From positions 64,001 to 128,000 of IMG/VR virus record IMGVR_UViG_3300026097_000011: a stretch of 64,000 nt of DNA; one strand, written 5' to 3'. The position numbers and the translations under genes were made by a program. The notes beneath the pieces are model-generated. The model was not told the DNA's origin. It saw only the letters and a list, made by a program, of their open reading frames with translations, and did no database searches. Source of the DNA: a virus. Positions within the stretch are counted from its first letter, which is position 1. Each line of letters begins with the position of its first letter. Below are positions 57,601 through 64,000 of this stretch, piece after piece.

Positions 57601-59674
57601 TTATATAGATGCTGATAATTTAAATGAAGCAGGTAAGCCTGAATTCAATCCTCTTTCAAATAAATATGATGGATATAAATTCACAACACTACTTAAACCA
57701 ATCAAAGAAGATATAAATGATGATACTACTCCGCCTATTAGATACAGATTCATAGAACATGAGGAGTTTAAATTCGTTATGTTGCTTATTGAATTAAATA
57801 TAGGATCAACAGATTCAATTGACGAATATTGGTCAACTGAATCAACAACTGATCCATATTCAGGAGTATCTAATGAATCAAGTATCATAGGTGAAACACT
57901 TAACTATTTAGATACAATTCCAGGAAGTGGAGAATTTGCATATAACTCAATAAATGGAGATTACAGAATTAAATTTGAAGAGGTTGATGGAATGGATATT
58001 TCTAATATGACACATACTCTTCTGTACTCTCTTAAACATAAGAAATTTAATCAGCTAGACAATAACTATTCAAATATTAGACTTAGCAACAAATTATGGC
58101 TAAGTTCAAGTGGTCTGCTTGGAGCATTCAATGGAGATTATAATATTGATGCTATTCCTAATGTAAATATACCTAATTATCCATCTAACTTCAATGATGA
58201 GATTCATTTCCCATCTGATGATACGTTCATAATAGGATACGATAAGATTATTTTTCAAGATCAATTCATTGATCTTATTAATGGACTTACTCCAACTGGA
58301 ACTAGTAATTTTATATCTACTACTCGTGACACTATTGAATATGTAAATATATCTTCAGTTCCTGGAGCAGCATATGGATTATCTGATAATCTAAATAACC
58401 TACTTACGTACTTACCATCTGGGATTACTAATTCACAGGTATCTTCAAATTACGTATTTAAAGTGATGAAGGGTGGAGAATTATATTTTGAATCTCTACT
58501 TGAAAAATTATCATTTGGTAAATTTAAAGAGTTAACAAACGAATTAGATTCTTTTGTAGAATATGAAACATATTCATATGATGGAACTACTCTCGAGACA
58601 AAAGATTCTAATTGGTATACTGAAATTCCTAATAATTCATTTATTCAAAAAGTAGACGCAGTTATTCCTCAAATAGATGAAAACAAACCCTCTAATTTAT
58701 CATTTAATAATCTTATAGGATTTAGATATGATAGATCTGCGTTAGATAACTCATATGAAATTAATAGATACGCAGGAGGATTTGTTCCACTATTTAAAGA
58801 TGTATTTACATTTAACTCTAAATTCAATTTTGATAAGAATGAAATAAATTCTCTTGATTTAAGTAACACTAGGTTTAATATAAACATAGAAAACTTCTTG
58901 AAGCTAGATAATTTCAGCCATATTAAAATTGCAAACACTAAAATATTAGAACTAGAATCTGATGAAGAGTTTGAACCTAAATATGAAATTGCTAATGAGA
59001 TTGCAATAAGTAGATCTGATTACGATCTATTTAATTCAAACTGGGATTTTGGATTCCATCATTTATATACGGACAAATCAACTAATAAACCAGTTTCTGG
59101 AACACTTAGAATAGAAGAAGATTATTCGTTCATAGCTAAGATAATTAATCTTAGGGATATGATTGAATTAGAAGAGTATTCAATAGATAAGGTAAATGAT
59201 GTAAGTAAAGTAAACCTAGATGATTATGAAATAGTATATCAAGATAATAATAGTTCAATAAGCGGTAGAATTAACGTTAATAATGTTCTTATATCATACT
59301 TACTACAGGATGGAATATCTGCTAAATTCACTGAATTTTTAGTAGACCAACCTGGTTACATAGGAAACTTTGAAACAATAGAAGACTACGTTAAAGAATA
59401 TATTAGATTAAACATAACTAAATTGTATGAAATCGTAGAAGTTGAATTTTATACGAAGGAAGATAAAACATTAGATGAACAATCTCTACAGTTAAATCAA
59501 AACTCAATAGAATTTAGATTATTAGATGATTCTGATCGCTTTGACCAGGGATATAAACTGAACCGAAACATGGAGATAAATAAACTTGATAGATTTACAC
59601 TAGGTTTTGAGTTTTCTAAATCGATTAACAGTGGAACATTAGTAAGTCCTAAAATAAAAATTAAATTTATATAA
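54647..59674 (+). CDS. Very large virion structural protein (baseplate/tail)
   Basis: 1675 aa in the late operon; LVRTNPKLTGNVKL start. Confidence 0.6.
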   Translation: MARTIDFQQILQDEASFQLVRTNPKLTGNVKLTVDSNDNMWLNSIDANEELSKALYKRFSIDPSMSLPANMFSFFDSGATPSEIVFELSENFEPTKTSTDFKDQYDFDNYFSGVNYLPSRRYDEKLSYFAPIYLKEDVPEYFVIFKIEDPLNNPIDEMAESYPYDKENYIKELFKKSTIIKTFDLRPTTDVGKFLRKHVENIKSNPLEVSYDENTLTNFYGILYNSGVFGKRGENLYDFYRTSNPLKTFEEFITLGFERNGVIFPNILNMEFIFDDDTSELYDFNRYVGMYVNAIELSKCDIDLDRGFKERSTWENEPRFRKEYFEWENVNVDQSNEDGVIIPITNLDVYLSDFEDIFNDKDNMFFNYITDKQGNLHLPSLDNPYNIDYEGTTELKSGKIKMSNTSIELGDMFGPGKSFLQDKGTVSEGCGCSFIYIKIESLSHLDAFKFYHPHGTRTDSNGRYELIEGASNFAPLTTPTDFYYFHDIDNVNGNDTFYFNVDGTKLEVAKSLAGCLNNIRRGSVTAQVFNEYVFIKANVNGDYDSLYKMSFDSQLNDYSGITINDVTGTDLNSLINFDGGSINNDSNRLIIDYSHFEKIKSRLDNILVKTKNGWSKIYKISRFIDPINEKNISTLTDRRNAIDEFFGKMAIALELPKTPKLESGDFTMTLKHRPAFGLLSFFPIKDFDFDFYSSEYLNFPRVDLYEHYYIPPLMKEIYNDVTYNIYGNGEIDINGVIVSSGSSYTVPSGTDGPYEYRVISGDVIVEAKGNPTGTIGYWNAVNDADEELTQFPGFFLLKDPDRVVPEITSGNPGFDLYNLRDKYLNGIARSEYDFYKENSSKDFSLRSKILPYITKWVYPDGLDCRSNPYRLNTELVFGFNNFAPNHEDATQNPSNFTHEWFYIESNFRYTSDEHIVKLNNSYFPEPFDLNRAVTEDGYFIDYFTYTPTFNGEEIGKTQTRYSPIRKNALGVYETFFKGFKIQFKDYIDADNLNEAGKPEFNPLSNKYDGYKFTTLLKPIKEDINDDTTPPIRYRFIEHEEFKFVMLLIELNIGSTDSIDEYWSTESTTDPYSGVSNESSIIGETLNYLDTIPGSGEFAYNSINGDYRIKFEEVDGMDISNMTHTLLYSLKHKKFNQLDNNYSNIRLSNKLWLSSSGLLGAFNGDYNIDAIPNVNIPNYPSNFNDEIHFPSDDTFIIGYDKIIFQDQFIDLINGLTPTGTSNFISTTRDTIEYVNISSVPGAAYGLSDNLNNLLTYLPSGITNSQVSSNYVFKVMKGGELYFESLLEKLSFGKFKELTNELDSFVEYETYSYDGTTLETKDSNWYTEIPNNSFIQKVDAVIPQIDENKPSNLSFNNLIGFRYDRSALDNSYEINRYAGGFVPLFKDVFTFNSKFNFDKNEINSLDLSNTRFNINIENFLKLDNFSHIKIANTKILELESDEEFEPKYEIANEIAISRSDYDLFNSNWDFGFHHLYTDKSTNKPVSGTLRIEEDYSFIAKIINLRDMIELEEYSIDKVNDVSKVNLDDYEIVYQDNNSSISGRINVNNVLISYLLQDGISAKFTEFLVDQPGYIGNFETIEDYVKEYIRLNITKLYEIVEVEFYTKEDKTLDEQSLQLNQNSIEFRLLDDSDRFDQGYKLNRNMEINKLDRFTLGFEFSKSINSGTLVSPKIKIKFI

Positions 59675-59677
59675 AAT

Positions 59678-62600
59678 ATGCCAGTAAGAATAAATTTAAA
59701 GGAGCTTTTCGGAAGCGACTCACAGACTGTAACAATAGATAAGTTAAATTTTAACTTTAATAAGCTATTGGAACTTGGTATTGGACTCGAAGGAATTCAA
59801 GGAATTACTGGTGGAACGGGTTCAATTGGTCCATCTGGTATAAAAGGAGATCAAGGAGATAAAGGTAACCAATGGTTCGTTGGAACATCAGATCCTAATT
59901 TAACTACGTTCCCAGGATTAATGGACGAAGATTTCTACGTTTTATCAGATAATAGTCAAATCTGGCAATATGATGAACTTACTGATACATGGAATATTAT
60001 TGTTGACCTAGGTGGAATTGTAAACAATTACCTAAATACAGCAGGTACTACATTTGTAAGAGGATTTGGAGAAGGATCTCCACAAGACTCAAGATATATT
60101 GTTTTTCCTAATAAAGGTAATACGTTAACTGATCAACAGGGAGATTCTATAGGAAGTGGAATAACTAATAATGACATATTTCTACTTAGTAACTTTAATG
60201 AGACTCTACAAGGAACTGTTATAGATATTGTCGATGATTTATCAAACACCGACTTTTATTATTCTGCAATTCAAAAGATTTATGTAGATAGATCTAATGC
60301 AATTGATAAGCGATATCATCTTGAATTAGGATCATTAAATGATATTGCATCAAACGGAGAACCATTTGAGCTTTCAACATTAAATCAAAATTTAAAACTA
60401 AGACATGAATATAAAAATGGAATATTCAACGGAGTATTTTCATTAACTAAGACTGAAACAGATGCTCCGGGTAGTATAACACATAATGGGTTATTTGATT
60501 TTCAATTTGCTAAGTTTAATCCATCACCACTTGTTCAGAAAGAAGGCTTTATTCAAATGGGATCTAGATATGCTCATCTTGCAATGGGAAGATCATATGT
60601 AGAATTTGATGGAATTAACTTCAACGTATCTGGTGTAGGAGATGCAGGTATTGGAATTGGAGAAAGTTTTGATAATATACTTCCACATATAGATGGAAAT
60701 AACTATTTAGTTATAAAATCAGATGACACTGGAGTAAATGGTGTAATTGTTGATACTGATATGTATCAAGACAATGGAAACATTGAGCAGTTAGGAACTG
60801 GACCGTTGTCTGTACATCCAGTAGTAGGATCAGGCCCATCTAATGTTCCATTTAGTTCTTTAACATATGGATTAGGAGGCATTGTTATTTCTGGAAATAG
60901 AGTTATTCAAGCAAGTGCATCAACATCTACTGCTTATCCTGCTATTTTGATGTCAGATCCTAGTCTAGAAGGGTATATGTTTGTTAGTGATTTAAATAAC
61001 TCAAATTCACCTATTCCTATTTCTACATATAATGGAACCGGTCAAAGTGAAAACATTTCTGGTTTATTACCAGTAGGCGCAGGAATTAGTGATATTGAAG
61101 TAAATGGTGATTTAATATATGCTATTACTAACTTGCAATCTGGAGCACATACTGCGACAACAGTAGGACCAAATGTATATTCTAGAGTTAATTTTCAAAT
61201 TATGAAATTTGATACAGAGTCAGGAGACGATTTTACTGCAATATCTCATGTTGTTAATTCGCAATTAGATGGAGCACATAGAATTAAATTAAATGGAAGC
61301 AGAGCAATTGTTGCAACTAACCATCTTAGAGGATGGGGAGATCCATCTGGAAGTGCAGCTACCTCTCAATTTGATGCAAATGGTCAAATATTAGCTTTAA
61401 GTATAATCAACGAAAATGATGTAGAGCCTGTTGCTATAACTAGACAAGATAGAACGCATCATCTTGATTTAGAAGTAGCAAATAATAAAGCATATACAGT
61501 CTCAATAGAATTCAATGCTCCATCTGGAGTAAATCACACAGGATTTGGTGTATCTGTTAGATCTTATGATTTAGATGAAATCGTAAATGGATCATCTCCT
61601 ATCGGAATATCACTAGGAACTGAATCAACATATGACATTGTTTCACCTAATTCAACTAATATAAATTCTGCTAATTCAAACGACTTAACGGCAATTAATA
61701 AATTCGGAGCAATTGCAGTTTCAGGAGATATTGTATGGGCTATACATAAAAATATATTATATACACTAAGACAAGATTCTGTATCTGGGTCATTTATTCT
61801 ACTTAATGTTGTAGCATATCACGATGATGTTAACGTAAGAGCAATGGACATAAAAGTAGTAGGTGATTCAATCTATATATTATGTGCATCTGGTAACCCA
61901 ACGCTTGCGTATTCTCCAACTAATACCCATTTAGTTAAATTAAACGCTAATAATGTTTCTAGTCCGTCTATAGTAAGGACTACTAACATTGGTGAGCCAT
62001 CATCTTCTAGATTAGTAGTAGAAGGAAATAATATATATGTTAATAAAAATAACGGAAGTACTGGTTTTCTTATTCCAATTGAAGTTGACGGATTTAAATC
62101 TGATGCTATTAAAATCGGATCAATTAAGACGCATACATTAAATGCTACAAATGATTTAAAAGTAGGAAATATTTTAAATGTAGGACAGTCAGTTAATGTT
62201 GGTAAGGGTGGAATTAAAGCGATCGGTCCAGTTACTTCAAGTAATGTTTTATCTAATAGAGTAGGAATTAATAAAGACTTTTCTATATTAGATCTTAATG
62301 ATTTTAGTTTACAAGTTAGTGGTAATATGCTAATGCACAATACGCACATAAGTGGAACTACAAAATTGCACTTTAATTCAAGCTCTGCTAATCTAGACAC
62401 TGAAATAGTAAATTTATCTCCAAATGGCGATCTTACTATTATGACAACTCCTGAATATACAACTGAAAATGATCCAACTGGTGATGGATTAATGAAAATT
62501 GTAGGAGGAGGAAGCGATGGAATTTATATGTATACTCCAGATTCAACAGGTCAAGATTATATTGGAGATATAAAAATAAGACCAGGTGATTATACTGCAC

Positions 62601-63169
62601 CTTTATCTCTTCCAGGTGTAGGAAGTCCTCCGTTTTTCCAAGAAGGAGTAATTGTTCTCGAGAGAAGAGTACAAATGATTGATTCAATAAAAACTCCAAT
62701 TGGAGGACAGGGTGGTAATTTTGAAAACACTTTCAACAGTCCTACATTATTTTTACGAAGAAACCAATCATCTAGCAACTGGGCAGATGATTCGTTTGGA
62801 GGATTGGTACTACAAAATGATGCAGCATATGATAGAGTTATGCGATTTAGCGCAAGTCAAGTTACTTCATCTGGTCATCCAGATAGGCTTACAATATGGT
62901 TAGAAAATACTCCAGGAGCAGGTTCATCTGGAACTCCTGGTAATGCTGGAGGATGGCACATAACAAAACGAATTGTATTTGATCCATATCTAGTAGAACA
63001 GTTTATTATACCAGCATGTCATAGATTTTACGTAGAAGTAGGAGGTGGTACTGCAAACGGATGGACTAATAATATCTCACTTAGAGAATATAGATTTGGA
63101 AGAACCGATGGTGGATGTGGTGGTGAAGGAAACTTACCTATACCAATAGGACCAATATCGGGTATTTAA
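59678..63169 (+). CDS. Putative tail fibre / receptor-binding protein
   Basis: KLNFNF N-terminus, short collagen-like Gxy run, LVIVD-like propeller repeats, beta-rich C-terminus. Confidence 0.65.
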   Translation: MPVRINLKELFGSDSQTVTIDKLNFNFNKLLELGIGLEGIQGITGGTGSIGPSGIKGDQGDKGNQWFVGTSDPNLTTFPGLMDEDFYVLSDNSQIWQYDELTDTWNIIVDLGGIVNNYLNTAGTTFVRGFGEGSPQDSRYIVFPNKGNTLTDQQGDSIGSGITNNDIFLLSNFNETLQGTVIDIVDDLSNTDFYYSAIQKIYVDRSNAIDKRYHLELGSLNDIASNGEPFELSTLNQNLKLRHEYKNGIFNGVFSLTKTETDAPGSITHNGLFDFQFAKFNPSPLVQKEGFIQMGSRYAHLAMGRSYVEFDGINFNVSGVGDAGIGIGESFDNILPHIDGNNYLVIKSDDTGVNGVIVDTDMYQDNGNIEQLGTGPLSVHPVVGSGPSNVPFSSLTYGLGGIVISGNRVIQASASTSTAYPAILMSDPSLEGYMFVSDLNNSNSPIPISTYNGTGQSENISGLLPVGAGISDIEVNGDLIYAITNLQSGAHTATTVGPNVYSRVNFQIMKFDTESGDDFTAISHVVNSQLDGAHRIKLNGSRAIVATNHLRGWGDPSGSAATSQFDANGQILALSIINENDVEPVAITRQDRTHHLDLEVANNKAYTVSIEFNAPSGVNHTGFGVSVRSYDLDEIVNGSSPIGISLGTESTYDIVSPNSTNINSANSNDLTAINKFGAIAVSGDIVWAIHKNILYTLRQDSVSGSFILLNVVAYHDDVNVRAMDIKVVGDSIYILCASGNPTLAYSPTNTHLVKLNANNVSSPSIVRTTNIGEPSSSRLVVEGNNIYVNKNNGSTGFLIPIEVDGFKSDAIKIGSIKTHTLNATNDLKVGNILNVGQSVNVGKGGIKAIGPVTSSNVLSNRVGINKDFSILDLNDFSLQVSGNMLMHNTHISGTTKLHFNSSSANLDTEIVNLSPNGDLTIMTTPEYTTENDPTGDGLMKIVGGGSDGIYMYTPDSTGQDYIGDIKIRPGDYTAPLSLPGVGSPPFFQEGVIVLERRVQMIDSIKTPIGGQGGNFENTFNSPTLFLRRNQSSSNWADDSFGGLVLQNDAAYDRVMRFSASQVTSSGHPDRLTIWLENTPGAGSSGTPGNAGGWHITKRIVFDPYLVEQFIIPACHRFYVEVGGGTANGWTNNISLREYRFGRTDGGCGGEGNLPIPIGPISGI

Positions 63170-63969
63170 ATTAGAGATTGCATAGTAAATGGAAGAACTC
63201 TTTCTTGAGAAAGAAGAAGATATAGCTCAGATAAAATGCCAGGCTCAAACTTAACATCTTTTGTTATTCCTTTACTAAATGTTAAAGTAGATACAACAGC
63301 AGATGCTAGCTTTGAATTGTCCACTTCTTCATGTTTAACTATAAATAAAACATTTTTCTCAGGGTCCATTGATAATAAATCAGAGTCTCCGTCTTCTACT
63401 ATTGCATCGTGAATTGCATTTTCCTTTATTTCACTAATAGTTAATGTTTTGAGGTGCTCATGTTTATGACCGAATTTAAAACGCTTATCCATTCTTAGTT
63501 TCCAAACATCATAATCTAATTCTCCTTTTGTATTTAGTATTATAAATATTTCTTTTTCTCTATGTATTGCTGGATTCTTAAAATGGGATTCCGTTAATTC
63601 TAATAAGTCTAACATCTTATCAAGATAATCTAACATTAATCCCGTTAATAAATAATTAGCATTTCTAAATATTTCAACCAAGTCTTCTGGCATTTGATAT
63701 AGTTTTCTTAAATGATCGCGTATATTTTCTAATTTAGGATTATCCCATACTGGAGTCATATTAAAATTAAACATGCTTCCTTCAACTGCCAAGTTGTTAA
63801 GATTTAAAGCATGAAATAGTATTTCATAAAAATTAGAAGTATTTCCATTTTCTAAATTATCTCTATATTTCTTGTTAGCGGCTAACAAAATATACTTTGT
63901 ATATTCTGGGTCTATACCGTGATTTCCCTTCGTTATCCATAGTGGATCTAATACATGAGTTGTGCTCAT
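63166..63969 (-). CDS. Hypothetical late protein
   Basis: 267 aa; ATAAATAA at 63990-63997, about 21 nt upstream. Confidence 0.6.
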   Translation of the reverse strand: MSTTHVLDPLWITKGNHGIDPEYTKYILLAANKKYRDNLENGNTSNFYEILFHALNLNNLAVEGSMFNFNMTPVWDNPKLENIRDHLRKLYQMPEDLVEIFRNANYLLTGLMLDYLDKMLDLLELTESHFKNPAIHREKEIFIILNTKGELDYDVWKLRMDKRFKFGHKHEHLKTLTISEIKENAIHDAIVEDGDSDLLSMDPEKNVLFIVKHEEVDNSKLASAVVSTLTFSKGITKDVKFEPGILSELYLLLSQERVLPFTMQSLI

Positions 63970-63989
63970 TTTAAATAATTAACTTTTTA

Positions 63990-63997
63990 TTATTTAT
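63990..63997 (-). promoter_or_regulatory. Late promoter ATAAATAA
   Basis: Exact motif and spacing. Confidence 0.6.
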
Positions 63998-64000
63998 TCT

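Overview
Strongly AT-rich, densely coding segment of a large T4-like (myovirus-type, probably jumbo) phage genome. The host is probably Bacteroidota, inferred from A-rich starts without Shine-Dalgarno sequences, a Bacteroidota-type histone H1-like gene, NrdJ and a PolB-exo2 nuclease. The minus strand carries replication and nucleotide genes: gp46/47, gp41 helicase, UvsX, an N-terminal-only family B DNA polymerase, RNase H, gp32, NrdJ, dUTPase, dCMP deaminase and a thymidylate-synthase-fold enzyme with the dCMP-hydroxymethylase-type Asp. It also carries GroEL/GroES, a ribosomal protein S1 homologue and an accessory region with several broken or fused small genes. The plus strand carries tail tube, tail sheath, a RuvC-like resolvase, a gp55-like late sigma factor and a block of large baseplate/tail genes. 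The top finding is a UDP-glucose dehydrogenase gene fractured at its catalytic Cys by a naturally split intein, with a free-standing PD-(D/E)XK endonuclease gene between the two halves. Two promoter classes can be read directly from the DNA (late ATAAATAA; pre-late AAAC-N16/17-GTATAAT). A set of late proteins has T4-like capsid-targeting N-termini, and a late membrane protein is paired with a stand-alone PAS protein. All family calls come from motif recognition by eye; no searches were run.
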